A stretch of DNA of 64,000 bases from an uncultured Candidatus Saccharibacteria bacterium (GCA_964532205.1 CAZHGQ010000004.1:3118-67117); one strand, 5' to 3'; shown: positions 1 through 10,533, counted from the first letter of the stretch. The notes: generated by a model from the sequence alone, not told the origin. Numbers and translations: made by a program.

Positions 1-51
1 ACCAGATTCGGCTTATCAAACACTTTTTGTCCTTTTTCTAGTTTTATCATG

Positions 52-2880
52 TTATTGAGTGAGTACTGCTCGTACTTTTATATTATCACCTAACGTAGCA
101 GGTGTGTAGCGAATAAATGTTGTGTCATTGCCCTTATCGGTTGTATTGTAGCTCCCCCACGATGAGCCGTCGGTGGTTTTTTCCCAGGTACCGGTCGCCG
201 ATGTAGTGTAATCATTCACGAGCAAGTCACCAGTCACAGCGTTATACAACCTGACACGCAGTGTCGGCACAGTACCACCAAAAGCAGTGGCGAATCGCCA
301 CGCAAACCGCTTGTTTACAGCACTCGATTTAGCAACCGAAGGCTGATAATGCGAATCGGTGGCATTGGCAGTGTCATCATAAATCACTGTGACACTGAGA
401 ATTTGAGGGGGTATACAAAAAACACCAATCGTAGAGAATTCAAACATAAACTGGATGCGGCGCGAGCCAGATAGACTCGTTAAATCTCCATCTTTTTCTA
501 CCAAGGTCCATTCACCCGTATTATCATCAATACCTTTCAATCGATAGTAGAGTCGATATGGTTCAGGAGCAATACAAAAACCGTTTGGTCCCATTTGACA
601 ATTTCTATTTACAATTACTCGCTGAAACTTGGCACAGTCTGGAGTGTACATCGCCGGCGTAATCGCGCGTTGATTTGTAGCTGCAGCACGTGACCAATCT
701 GCTGACAATGGCAGAGCATACATTTGATGTAGTGCGGCAGTGGCACCATGCTTAACAATGTGCGCGACTCCATTTTCACTCCATACTGTCTGCATCTGTG
801 AGGCGGTATTGTAGTGTAGAACTGTTTGTGGATTAAGATCAATGACATAGTCAGAACCGGAGCCAATCGTTCCAGCTGACGTACTGAGTGTAATAGATGT
901 ACCAGAAGTATAGGCCGATATGGTATACCATGTTGAAATGAGCGTTGGATCAGTTGAACCAAAACCTATTCTAAAACCAATCATACCCGTTGTAAAAAAG
1001 GTATTCGTACCCGTTACCCCCGTACCAGACACTGCCACAGTACCAGAAGAAACGTATGCCTCACCATTCATTGAAACCTGATCCTGTTGTTTATCATCGA
1101 TACCAAAAATTTGATCAAATGGATTGCCGGCTTCCTGTGGGTAGCGCGTTACATAATTTCGATACGCGCTAGCTCCGGTCGACATCACAATAAGTCTGTC
1201 CATGGCGTCAGCAATTTCAACCTGGTTCAAGTTTGTTGTTGCAGGAAATGTACCTGTTCCACCTGGTGGGATTTCTGGACGATTATCAGATGTCCAGTGC
1301 AAACTTCCAAAAACAATTCTTGATAAAGCCGCTCGATATATACGTGTAGCAGTCACAAAATAAAGAGATTCCTCACCTGCCCCCGGACCATGATTCAAAG
1401 TACCGATTCGCCCATTGTTTACAGGTTGAATAGTACCAGTTAGAAGTTCGTTACCTGTTGCAATAACATCAGCTGAGTCAATAACAAAACTCGTACCAGC
1501 GTTAATCGTACCAGCTGATGAAGTTAAAGTGATAGACGTGGCTGAAGAGTATGACGCAATTGTGTACCAAGTAGCAATAGCCGCCGGACCGGTCGAACCG
1601 AAACCAATTTTCATACCTACCATACCCGCTGTAAATGTGGTGCCGGAGCCAGTGACTGCCGTACCAGAGACAGCAACTGTGCCGGTTGAATAGCTACTTA
1701 CCGAGATTGTCATTTTACCCGAAGCCACAGTACCCGTAGCACGCAAATTATAACGATATATTTTAGCGTAGGAAGATGTGTACCCATCGAGTACATAAGC
1801 ATAGTGAAGAGTCTTACTTACCTCTGATTGAACCGCCAAACCACACGCAGACACATTTGTTACTACGTTAGCAGTCGTTCCAGCATCCGACATCCAATAC
1901 ACAGCTTTGATGTTATCGGTATTTGTAGCCGCAGAAATAGTTGTGCCACCCACGACGAAATCAGAATAATTTACACCTTTAACAAGATATAATCCACCAT
2001 TTGTGGCTGTACCGTTTATTGTTGTTAAACCAAAACGTAGCTCTTCAATAACATATGTTGAGCCAGCAGCGATTGTACCGGCAGACGAGGCTAATGTAAT
2101 ACTTGTATTATTGGTAATCGCAGAAATCACATACCAGCTTGAAATCTGAGTTGGATCAGTTGAACCAAAACCAATACGAGCACCGACTGCCAAACGCTCG
2201 TCTTGCCACAATGTATTTGTCCCTGTTACAGCGGTTGTCGAAACCTCGACTGTGCCAGCAGTATGCAAATAACGGAACGCTCTAAATCCACGAATCGTGT
2301 GGGCTGTTGCAGTTGGTAATGTTGCAATAATAAAACCCTTCCAAGTATAAGCTGAGGTTGTTTTGTTAAATTCATAAAGCGTAATTTGTCGCGTAGCCAC
2401 AGCAGTTGCCAGGTTTTGCACCATAAACACCCAATCGACTGTCGAGCTGAATGTGATGGCGTGAGGAAACATGTACGGAATATTGGCCACAATGACAAAG
2501 GGACGACCCGAGTTCACCGTACCCGCTGATGAACCGAGAGTCAAAGATGTGCCCGATCCACGAGTTGAAATGTTGTACCACGTTGTAATTTGTGCTGGAT
2601 TGGTTGAACCAAAACCAATGGCCATACCACCAGCATTTGCAGGAAAATTCGTACTAGAACCTGTAACCGCTGTACCCGAGACCGCCACTGTTCCTGTTGT
2701 ATCTACCACCTCCTGCATCGGTCGGGCAATTCCAATTGGCAGTGGTCCAACAAATTTATCCGTCGCCGCTGAGCCAGTGTTTTGAATTATCAAAGATCCC
2801 AAACTGGTTTTATTTGGATCATAGGAAGTAATCGGTGTCGTTGTTCCAGTAAAAAGATGTTTTACAGCTCGTGATGACAT
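52..2880 (-). CDS. Giant repeat protein, paralog 1 of 3 (942 aa), about 90-aa modules with IGFGST-P-QI-WY motif; no signal peptide
   Basis: Long ORF starting 1-2 nt after paralog 2. Internal repeats (GTVAVSGTAVTG ... IGFGSTxPxxI..WY.I ... TSITL.SSAGTI). Conserved N-term (M..RA..H.F.G.TTPI.SYD) and C-term (YIRYTP..L.D..KVRA.LTQ) shared with the two upstream paralogs. Confidence 0.75.
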   Translation of the reverse strand: MSSRAVKHLFTGTTTPITSYDPNKTSLGSLIIQNTGSAATDKFVGPLPIGIARPMQEVVDTTGTVAVSGTAVTGSSTNFPANAGGMAIGFGSTNPAQITTWYNISTRGSGTSLTLGSSAGTVNSGRPFVIVANIPYMFPHAITFSSTVDWVFMVQNLATAVATRQITLYEFNKTTSAYTWKGFIIATLPTATAHTIRGFRAFRYLHTAGTVEVSTTAVTGTNTLWQDERLAVGARIGFGSTDPTQISSWYVISAITNNTSITLASSAGTIAAGSTYVIEELRFGLTTINGTATNGGLYLVKGVNYSDFVVGGTTISAATNTDNIKAVYWMSDAGTTANVVTNVSACGLAVQSEVSKTLHYAYVLDGYTSSYAKIYRYNLRATGTVASGKMTISVSSYSTGTVAVSGTAVTGSGTTFTAGMVGMKIGFGSTGPAAIATWYTIASYSSATSITLTSSAGTINAGTSFVIDSADVIATGNELLTGTIQPVNNGRIGTLNHGPGAGEESLYFVTATRIYRAALSRIVFGSLHWTSDNRPEIPPGGTGTFPATTNLNQVEIADAMDRLIVMSTGASAYRNYVTRYPQEAGNPFDQIFGIDDKQQDQVSMNGEAYVSSGTVAVSGTGVTGTNTFFTTGMIGFRIGFGSTDPTLISTWYTISAYTSGTSITLSTSAGTIGSGSDYVIDLNPQTVLHYNTASQMQTVWSENGVAHIVKHGATAALHQMYALPLSADWSRAAATNQRAITPAMYTPDCAKFQRVIVNRNCQMGPNGFCIAPEPYRLYYRLKGIDDNTGEWTLVEKDGDLTSLSGSRRIQFMFEFSTIGVFCIPPQILSVTVIYDDTANATDSHYQPSVAKSSAVNKRFAWRFATAFGGTVPTLRVRLYNAVTGDLLVNDYTTSATGTWEKTTDGSSWGSYNTTDKGNDTTFIRYTPATLGDNIKVRAVLTQ

Positions 2881-2881
2881 A

Positions 2882-5335
2882 TTAGTTTTGTGTTAACACT
2901 GCTCGAACATCGATACCGTCAGTGAGAGATGTTGGGGTATATCTGATATACGTAGTTTCATTCGTTTTATCGGTCGAGTTATAACTCCCCCAAGCTACCC
3001 CATCATTGGTGGATTTTTCCCACACACCGTTAGCAGCCGCCACAGTTGTATCCGTCAACAAAGAGGCTCCGGTCACGGCATTGAACAACTCAATCTTTAA
3101 GGTTGGAACTGTTTTACCAAACGAGCAACACATTCGCCAAGCAAATCGCTCATTAGTCACATCAGATTGTGTGGTAGAAATTTGAAAATGTGAATCAGTA
3201 TTACCATCCTCAAACAATACAGCCACGTCTAGCAACCGGCTCGGTATCATTAGTCCGCCCATAATACAAAATTCAAACATAAATTGGATGGCGTTGGCTG
3301 CTGTTACACCCGATAAATCACCATCATCAGTAAGCAATACCCACGAACTTGTGGCATCGGAAGAAATATCTGACGTTCGATAATATACTCGAAACGGATT
3401 TGGTGGCAATTGGAAATTGCCACTACCCAAATATTCATCACACAAAACTGTGACCCGATCAAACTTCACACAACCTGTTGTACTTAAAGATGGCGTAATG
3501 ATGCGCTGGTGATTGGCTGGACTTGTAGTATACGCAAAGTCCCAATGCGCACCGATCGGTAATACGTACATTTGGTTTAAGGTGGCGCCGGTACTTGAAC
3601 GAATAATGTGCAAAACACCGCCCGTACTTATATCACACGTCAAAAGTTGGTTGGCATGCTGAAAGTGTACCGGCGCCAACGAACTCAACGCAGATTGATC
3701 CTGTTGTTTGTCATCAACACCGAATGCATATTCAAATGGCATACCATCACTTTCAGGATATTTAGTCAGGTACTGTCGATACGCCGCGTTAGTAGCAAAT
3801 GCCGTCACCACAAAACGATCAATTGAATTGGAGTATTGTATATTGAGCATTAAACCGCTGGCTGGAATGTTTGCTATACCACCTGGCGGCACTTCCTGTC
3901 TGGCATTTGCTCCTGTTATATACGTAGTACTACCAGCGGTAATTCCTGTGAGGGCGGCACAATAAAGTCTCGTAGTCGTTACAAAATAAAGATACGCCGC
4001 ACCAGACCCCGGCCCATGCGCTGCAGTTGCAATCGTACCATTGTTACAAGCGGCGTTTGGAATTGTACCTGTCACAGAAAAGTTACCAGTAATAACAACG
4101 TTAGTACCAGATGACAACGTCATTTTTCCGGTTGCCACAGCATTGTTTGAGCGCAAATTATATTTAAACACCTTTGCCGTTGATGTGTTTGTGCCATCCA
4201 ACACATATGCCCAGTGTGTGGTTTTGTCTGTTTCGACATCAACAGCACAGCCGTTTGGTGCAGTGTTAGTCACTGTGGCTGCGTCTGCCAGCCAGTATAC
4301 CCCTCGTTGATTATCGACGTTTGTAGCTATAGCCGGAAACGTGTTGCCTGCGGTTGTAAAATCAAGATAACTAGCGCCTTTGAGTAAGAATAGACCACCG
4401 TTTGTTGGTGCGGTGGCTTGAGACACAGCTAAAGCGAATCGTAATTCCTCAATCACATACGATGTACCCGCTGCAATGACACCTGGCGACGTGGTGATGT
4501 TAAGTGATGTATTGCTAGCGATAGAGCCAATTTGATACCAATTTACAATCTGTGTCGGATCAGTTGAACCAAAACCAATGCGCGGACCCAGACCGCCGGC
4601 GACAGCTGTTGCACCGGTACCTGCAGCAATTAGTTCACTGGTAAACTGTGTACTTGAACCAGTTACCGTACACGAAGCAATGACGAATGTAGTACTTGCC
4701 GGGATCGCGCTTGAAGCACCTGAAACCGTGATCGAGGTCGTGTTAGTAAATGTAATGATTGGATACCAACAGTTAATTTGAGCAACGTTGGTGCTACCAA
4801 AACCAATCATCTTACCAACCATAGCTGAAGTGAATGTCGTACCAACACCAGTCACCACACCAGAGACGGCCATAGCCACAGTACCTGTAGCATAAACACT
4901 AGCTGGAGCCGCGACAGCTACCGTACCCGTTGTATGTAAATATCGCAACGCTCGAAAACCACGAGTGGTGTTGGCATTGGCAGCGCTTGGTAATGTGGCG
5001 GTAATAAAACCCTTCCAATTATACGTACTCGAAACTTTGTTATATTCGTACAAAAAGATACGACGGGCTGCGGTTGCCGACGCTAAGTTTTCAGTCAGAA
5101 ATACCCAATCAATCGTTGAACTGAACTGTATGATGTGTGGGTACATCATAGCCACAGCTGTTGACTCTTCTGCTGGTCGAGCCACTGTTACCGGCAAAGG
5201 ACCCGCATAATTATCCTCCGGGTTAATGCCGCTTTTTTGGATCATCAACGTACCTAGATTTGTCTTTGTCGAATCGTATGAACTTATGGGCGTTGTGGAT
5301 CCAGTAAACCGATGTTCTGTAGCGCGAAGTGCCAT
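2882..5335 (-). CDS. Giant repeat protein, paralog 2 of 3 (817 aa)
   Basis: Same architecture as 52..2880 and 5337..7976. Shares a near-identical 142-bp tract with paralog 3. Confidence 0.75.
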   Translation of the reverse strand: MALRATEHRFTGSTTPISSYDSTKTNLGTLMIQKSGINPEDNYAGPLPVTVARPAEESTAVAMMYPHIIQFSSTIDWVFLTENLASATAARRIFLYEYNKVSSTYNWKGFITATLPSAANANTTRGFRALRYLHTTGTVAVAAPASVYATGTVAMAVSGVVTGVGTTFTSAMVGKMIGFGSTNVAQINCWYPIITFTNTTSITVSGASSAIPASTTFVIASCTVTGSSTQFTSELIAAGTGATAVAGGLGPRIGFGSTDPTQIVNWYQIGSIASNTSLNITTSPGVIAAGTSYVIEELRFALAVSQATAPTNGGLFLLKGASYLDFTTAGNTFPAIATNVDNQRGVYWLADAATVTNTAPNGCAVDVETDKTTHWAYVLDGTNTSTAKVFKYNLRSNNAVATGKMTLSSGTNVVITGNFSVTGTIPNAACNNGTIATAAHGPGSGAAYLYFVTTTRLYCAALTGITAGSTTYITGANARQEVPPGGIANIPASGLMLNIQYSNSIDRFVVTAFATNAAYRQYLTKYPESDGMPFEYAFGVDDKQQDQSALSSLAPVHFQHANQLLTCDISTGGVLHIIRSSTGATLNQMYVLPIGAHWDFAYTTSPANHQRIITPSLSTTGCVKFDRVTVLCDEYLGSGNFQLPPNPFRVYYRTSDISSDATSSWVLLTDDGDLSGVTAANAIQFMFEFCIMGGLMIPSRLLDVAVLFEDGNTDSHFQISTTQSDVTNERFAWRMCCSFGKTVPTLKIELFNAVTGASLLTDTTVAAANGVWEKSTNDGVAWGSYNSTDKTNETTYIRYTPTSLTDGIDVRAVLTQN

Positions 5336-5336
5336 A

Positions 5337-7976
5337 TTAATATTGGGTCAGTAATGCCCGAACTTTCGTATTGTCTGGTAATGTTGCAGGTGTGTAACGA
5401 ATATATGTTGTTTCGTTAGCCTTATCAGTTGTGTTGTATGCTGTCCAATTACTACCGCCATCCGTTGTTTTTTCCCAGGTGCCAGCTGGTGTAGCACTGT
5501 TATCGTCGAGCAACAACCCGCCAGTCACAGCATCATAAATACGCACCCGGAGTGTTGGCACAGTTGTATTGAAAGCTGTAGCAAATCGCCAAGCAAATTG
5601 TTTGCTTGCCAAAACTGTTTTGCCTGTTGAGGGTTGATAGTGAACATCTGTTGAATAATCATCATAAAGCACTGCTAATGACATAATTCGTCCCGGCACA
5701 CACAAGAGACTTATAGTCACGAACTCAAACATAAACTGAATATTTTCTGCTGGGGCTAAACCAGTTAAATCACCGTCTTCAGGTAATGCAGTCCAGGCAC
5801 CGGAATTGTCAGTAATACCATTTGTTCGGTAGTACGAAAGAATTGATCCAGTTGGAATTCGAAACTCTTCACTACCCAGGTGATCGACAACAGATGTTAA
5901 CATTCGTCGAAAAGCCGAACAGTTAGGCGTAGAAATCGAAGGCGTAATTACCCGCTGATTTGTAGAAGATGCATAGTACCAATGCGCTGATAAAGGTAGT
6001 GCGTACATCTGACACAGCGCTGCCGTTGTGCCGTGTTTAATAATGTGTGCAATACCATTTTCACTCCACACCGATGTAACTTGCGATGCGGTATTGAAGT
6101 GAATTGGCGCGTTTGGATCGGCAGTTGATTGATCCTGCTGTTTATCATCAACACCAAAGAATCGATCAAATTGATCGCCGGCTACGGCCGGATAACGAGT
6201 AACATATTGTTTAAAAGCAGTGGCACCAGTGGTAAGCACAATCAGGCGATCAATAGCACTGGCAATCTCTACTGCGTTTAAAGCACCTGTGGCAGCAAAA
6301 GTGTTGATGCTACCGGGAGGGATTTCGGGTCGGTTATCAGAGATCCAACCAAGGTTACCAGCAAATATTTTTGAAACCGCTGCCCGATATATACGCGATG
6401 CTGTCACAAAATAGAGCGATTCCTCACCCGCTCCTGGACCATGGTTAAGTGTGCCAATACGACCATTATTCACCGCTACTACTGTACCAGTTACCAATTG
6501 ATTACCAGTACAAATCACATCGGCCGAATCAATAATATAGGCAGTACCACCACCAATCGTACCAGCAGACGAAGAAAGCGTGATTGAAGTACCCGAAGAA
6601 TATGCCGAAATTGTGTACCAAGTGGTAATGAGAGCTGGGCTCGTCGAACCAAAACCAATTTTCATGCCTACCATTGCGGCAGTAAATGATGTACCTGTTC
6701 CTGTTACTGCCGTACCTGAAACAGCCACACTACCGGCAGTTGTGTAAGCAATACTCATGAGCATTTTACCTGACGTAATAGTACCCGTGGCCCGTAAATT
6801 ATATCGATAGACCTTCATGTAGGTTGAGCCAACGCCGTCGAGTACATACGCATAATGCAAACCTTTATTAATTTCATCCTGAATCGCCAATCCGCAGGCG
6901 GCGGTGTTGGTAGATACGTTTGCTGTTGTGCCTGCATCACAAAGCCAGTACACACCACGTTGATTGTCGACACTACCAGAAATAGAGGGGAATGTGTTAC
7001 CGGCACTTGTGAAATCCAAATAGCCCACACCCTTACACAAATAGAGTCCGCCGTTTGTGGCCGTCGTGTTTGTCAACGCCATAGCAAAACGTAATTCCTC
7101 AATAACATATGCTGTACCGGCTGGAATCACACCCGGTGAAGTCACCAGGTTCAATGATGTTTCACTGGCAATTGCGCCAATTTGATACCACTGTGTAATT
7201 TGTGTTGGATCAGTTGAACCAAAGCCAATGCGCGGACCTAGACCGCCGGCGACAGCCGTGACTGTCGTACCGGCAGCAATATCTTCAGTCACAAATTTAG
7301 TATTAGTACCCGTTACCGTACAAGACGCAATGACATAGTTAGCTGAAGCCGCAATTGCACTTGAAGCGCCTGAAACTGTAATCGAGGTCGTGTTGGTAAA
7401 TGTAATGATTGGATACCAACAGTTAATTTGAGCAACGTTGGTGCTACCAAAACCAATCATCTTACCAACCATAGCTGAAGTGAATGTCGTACCAACACCA
7501 GTCACCACACCAGAGACGGCCAAAGCCACTGAAGTACCCGCCGAGTAGTAGCTCACAGGTGCAGCAACTTCAACCGTACCTGTAGTATGCAAATATCGTA
7601 AGGCTCGAAAGCCACGAGTTACGTTTGTGGCCGTCGGTGTTGTAGCAGTAATAAAACCTTTCCAGTTGTATGTGCCTAAGACTTTATTATATTCGTACAA
7701 AAAAATACGCTTAGCAGCAGCTGCGGCGTTTTCAATTAAAAATACCCAATCAATCGTTGAACTATAAGTAATAGCGTGCGGGTACATCATAGCCACGCTA
7801 GTTGATTCTTCTACTGGTCTGGCAACCGCCACAGGTAGAGGCCCAACAAAATTATCCTCTGGGTTGGTACCACTCTTTTGAATCATGAGTGTTCCCAGAT
7901 TTGTCTTGGTCGGATCATATGAGGCGATCGGCGTCGTAGCCCCATTAAAAATGTGTTCAACAGCTCGTAAAGCCAT
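5337..7976 (-). CDS. Giant repeat protein, paralog 3 of 3 (879 aa)
   Basis: Same architecture. Stop lies 2 nt from the upstream gene (7979). Confidence 0.75.
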   Translation of the reverse strand: MALRAVEHIFNGATTPIASYDPTKTNLGTLMIQKSGTNPEDNFVGPLPVAVARPVEESTSVAMMYPHAITYSSTIDWVFLIENAAAAAKRIFLYEYNKVLGTYNWKGFITATTPTATNVTRGFRALRYLHTTGTVEVAAPVSYYSAGTSVALAVSGVVTGVGTTFTSAMVGKMIGFGSTNVAQINCWYPIITFTNTTSITVSGASSAIAASANYVIASCTVTGTNTKFVTEDIAAGTTVTAVAGGLGPRIGFGSTDPTQITQWYQIGAIASETSLNLVTSPGVIPAGTAYVIEELRFAMALTNTTATNGGLYLCKGVGYLDFTSAGNTFPSISGSVDNQRGVYWLCDAGTTANVSTNTAACGLAIQDEINKGLHYAYVLDGVGSTYMKVYRYNLRATGTITSGKMLMSIAYTTAGSVAVSGTAVTGTGTSFTAAMVGMKIGFGSTSPALITTWYTISAYSSGTSITLSSSAGTIGGGTAYIIDSADVICTGNQLVTGTVVAVNNGRIGTLNHGPGAGEESLYFVTASRIYRAAVSKIFAGNLGWISDNRPEIPPGSINTFAATGALNAVEIASAIDRLIVLTTGATAFKQYVTRYPAVAGDQFDRFFGVDDKQQDQSTADPNAPIHFNTASQVTSVWSENGIAHIIKHGTTAALCQMYALPLSAHWYYASSTNQRVITPSISTPNCSAFRRMLTSVVDHLGSEEFRIPTGSILSYYRTNGITDNSGAWTALPEDGDLTGLAPAENIQFMFEFVTISLLCVPGRIMSLAVLYDDYSTDVHYQPSTGKTVLASKQFAWRFATAFNTTVPTLRVRIYDAVTGGLLLDDNSATPAGTWEKTTDGGSNWTAYNTTDKANETTYIRYTPATLPDNTKVRALLTQY

Positions 7977-7978
7977 AT

Positions 7979-8602
7979 TTATACTTCTTTGTAATCAATA
8001 TTAATTTGTACCGTGGTCGTACCTGAAATCACACAATACAAGGCTTCATCTACCCCACCCTCAATGTAGTTGGGGTGATTATTAGCACCATATAAACCCC
8101 CAGCTTTTGGTGAGACATATTTCTCATGATCCGTACCACCGGAGGTAAACCTAAATGAAACTGATGTCGCGTCAGCAGTCAGTGAAAAACGACTAGCGTA
8201 AACCCGAATTTTTTTTCCTGAACCAGGCACTCGCACATTACCCGACGAAGATAAACTTGTTGTAAGTTTAGTAACTCCCTGTCCAGAAATTAAAGAGCTG
8301 AGAGTGTCTTCAGTAGCTGGATTGATTCTGGTGTTGGTAGCATTTTTTAAACCAACCACGCTTGATGACGGTGTACTACCCATGACATAAGCCGAGGCTT
8401 TGCTGGGCATCATTTGCGAGACGGCAATACCCACTCCTGCTACACCGAGCGCTTTAAGAAAATGTCGTTTGCTATCATCACTTATTACTTCCCTGGTTTT
8501 TACGTCAGTCACCAAAACAGACGCTGGTGTTTCTACCTGCGTTTGCGGTTCGGTTATTTTTCTATTTCGTACAAAACGAAAAGAGTGTTTGTTACTGTAC
8601 AT
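7979..8602 (-). CDS. Exported protein with Tat-like signal (KRHFLKALGVAGVGIAVS ... ASA), 207 aa; true start may be downstream of the annotated Met
   Basis: S-K-R-H-F-L-K motif followed by a hydrophobic h-region and AxA. First gene of the tight four-gene minus-strand cluster, next to tatA. Confidence 0.5.
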   Translation of the reverse strand: MYSNKHSFRFVRNRKITEPQTQVETPASVLVTDVKTREVISDDSKRHFLKALGVAGVGIAVSQMMPSKASAYVMGSTPSSSVVGLKNATNTRINPATEDTLSSLISGQGVTKLTTSLSSSGNVRVPGSGKKIRVYASRFSLTADATSVSFRFTSGGTDHEKYVSPKAGGLYGANNHPNYIEGGVDEALYCVISGTTTVQINIDYKEV

Positions 8603-8645
8603 AAAAACTACAAACTCACAACATCATTACATGTTGCGTAAAGAA

Positions 8646-8819
8646 CTAGCGCTTTTTCTGCTCCGGTCCGGGTGTTTCTGACTCATCCTTGAAGCCCCCA
8701 CGGATATGTCGAATTGCTTCGCCAATGCCCTTAGCCAATTCTGGCACTTTCTTGGCACCAAACAACAAAACAATAACCGCTGCTACAATGATGATCTCTT
8801 TTGTTCCGAGTCCAAACAT
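8646..8819 (-). CDS. tatA: Twin-arginine translocase subunit TatA/E (57 aa; not in ORF track)
   Basis: My translation: MFGLGTKEIIIVAAVIVLLFGAKKVPELAKGIGEAIRHIRGGFKDESETPGPEQKKR. N-terminal TM helix plus amphipathic helix, the canonical TatA layout (LLFG.KK.PEL.K..G). Confidence 0.75.
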   Translation of the reverse strand: MFGLGTKEIIIVAAVIVLLFGAKKVPELAKGIGEAIRHIRGGFKDESETPGPEQKKR

Positions 8820-8930
8820 GTATTTGTGCTTAATTTATAATCCCTCACAATGAAAAGTATATCATTGTGCTGCACTATTACATATCCACACTTGTTAATA
8901 TCTTTCGAAATTACTCAAATTCTACCCAAC

Positions 8931-8955
8931 AAAAAAGCCCTTGCGGGCTTTTTTG
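8931..8955. terminator. Bidirectional rho-independent terminator (gcccttgcgggc hairpin flanked by A/T runs)
   Basis: aaaaaagcccttgcgggcttttttg, immediately downstream of minus gene 8956..9519. Confidence 0.7.
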
Positions 8956-9519
8956 TTATTTATAGATGAGTTGGAAACTAAACGTATCAATAGGCGGTTC
9001 ACCTGAGGCATTATCTTCTGTCAAAATAACTTTAATTGGTACTCCGGCTTCCAAACTTACACCTAATTTCTCAAAATTGAGAGTGGTTGTAAATGTTGTT
9101 GTTGGTGTCATCCAGTTTGCTACCTTAATAACTGCTGGTTCACCAAGTTTCTGCCAGCTATTTTTTGTGTAGTAGTACAACTGAGCCATACCTGCCTGCC
9201 CCTCAAACATTGTCCAGGCACAACCTAGTTTTGTGGCATTACTGTTATCAATTTTACCCGAGAGAGTTAGAGGAAAATCTACACGATCATTTGGTTTATG
9301 TGAGGTAATAGTCAGACCACAACTTGAATTTGTGGCCACCGGCTTTGGTGTTGGTGGTGTGGTTGTTGGCTTAGGAGTTTGTGTGGTTGAAGTTGAGGTT
9401 GTCGGAGTTGGTGTTGGTATTGGGGCTTCAACTGAACGACTCCAATAAAAGTACGCGAGTAACGCTACAAAAATTACTAATAAAATAATAAGGGTCGATG
9501 AACCTTTGTTATGCTTCAT
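8956..9519 (-). CDS. Membrane-anchored protein with Pro/Thr-rich linker
   Basis: N-terminal TM helix, PTPTPTTSTSTTQTPKPTTTPPTPKP linker, then a globular domain. Confidence 0.55.
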   Translation of the reverse strand: MKHNKGSSTLIILLVIFVALLAYFYWSRSVEAPIPTPTPTTSTSTTQTPKPTTTPPTPKPVATNSSCGLTITSHKPNDRVDFPLTLSGKIDNSNATKLGCAWTMFEGQAGMAQLYYYTKNSWQKLGEPAVIKVANWMTPTTTFTTTLNFEKLGVSLEAGVPIKVILTEDNASGEPPIDTFSFQLIYK

Positions 9520-9558
9520 ATTATTAATTATACAAATATTTTTTTAATAACCAAGGAA

Positions 9559-10533
9559 CTACAAGATTGAACCGTTAACAAAGAAAGAAACGGTGTACCA
9601 CAGACCGACCATGATCAATACGAGAATCAGTCCATAACTAACATGACGAACATTATGAGATTTAAAACCGGATCGCAAAATGCTACCAAATACAATTAAG
9701 AGCAGTATGCCGATGAGGTCATAGACGAGCGCCAGAATCATGCGCGGACTTGTCGCTGGGACTGCTAATGGATTTTGAGATATGTTTTCGGCAGCACCAA
9801 GTACTGCTGTTGTAGCCTCCACGACCGGCCACTCTTCATTCTTGACTGCAATTGGTGTAGTCGCTGGGGTGGTCGAAGCGCCAGTTACAGCCACAACATT
9901 CGGTTCAGCTTTTTTGGGCTTAGCCACTGTCGCGACAACCGGTGTCACTTCACCTTCTGGGGATGAACCAAACATCTGAACGACAAATGTGGTTTGGCGA
10001 CCTTCGTATATCCCATCCACAACAGCAATACCGACATGAGTGTATCGGCCATTCATAATATTAGCGCGATGAAGTGGTGAGTTAAGCCAAGCTTGATTGA
10101 CTGCTGAAGAATCAGAAAAATCAATAGCCAGATTTTCTCCGGCATACACAAAAGAATATCCGGCCTGAGAAATCCAGTACCACGGCGATGTACCATCCGG
10201 CGCATAATGCGCAAAGTAACTACGATTGATCATGTCCTGAGCCTTGGCTAAGGCGGCTTTTTCCAGACGTGGGTCAGTCACCAATGCCGGTAACCCTGCC
10301 CCAGCTCGATCCTGATTGGCTAACAATGTCAGAGCGGAAGCATAAACTGCAGCCGAATTTTGCTGGCCAATAAACAGATTTTTCTGGAAACCAATAACCA
10401 CGAATAAACAGATGATAATAATAAAAAGAACGGCCGCGCCAACTTCTGAAAGAAGTCTAGGCGCGAAGCCGTTCTTTTTATGTGAGAGAAATAAGTGTGA
10501 CAGGAAGCGTTTCATCCTGTTATTATTCCACAC
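9559..10533 (-). CDS. CAP/SCP (PR-1/YkwD-like) domain protein with N- and C-terminal TM segments
   Basis: NQAWLNSPLHRANIMNGRYTHVGIAV matches the CAP-domain signature (SPGHRANIL...G). Confidence 0.65.
   Translation of the reverse strand: MWNNNRMKRFLSHLFLSHKKNGFAPRLLSEVGAAVLFIIIICLFVVIGFQKNLFIGQQNSAAVYASALTLLANQDRAGAGLPALVTDPRLEKAALAKAQDMINRSYFAHYAPDGTSPWYWISQAGYSFVYAGENLAIDFSDSSAVNQAWLNSPLHRANIMNGRYTHVGIAVVDGIYEGRQTTFVVQMFGSSPEGEVTPVVATVAKPKKAEPNVVAVTGASTTPATTPIAVKNEEWPVVEATTAVLGAAENISQNPLAVPATSPRMILALVYDLIGILLLIVFGSILRSGFKSHNVRHVSYGLILVLIMVGLWYTVSFFVNGSIL

Noticed and set aside
615-2785. Multiple 60-115-aa ORFs inside the giant paralog genes (e.g. 615..962, 1087..1323, 2226..2581, 2471..2785)
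   Set aside because: Nested within or antisense to a long well-supported CDS, with low-complexity translations.
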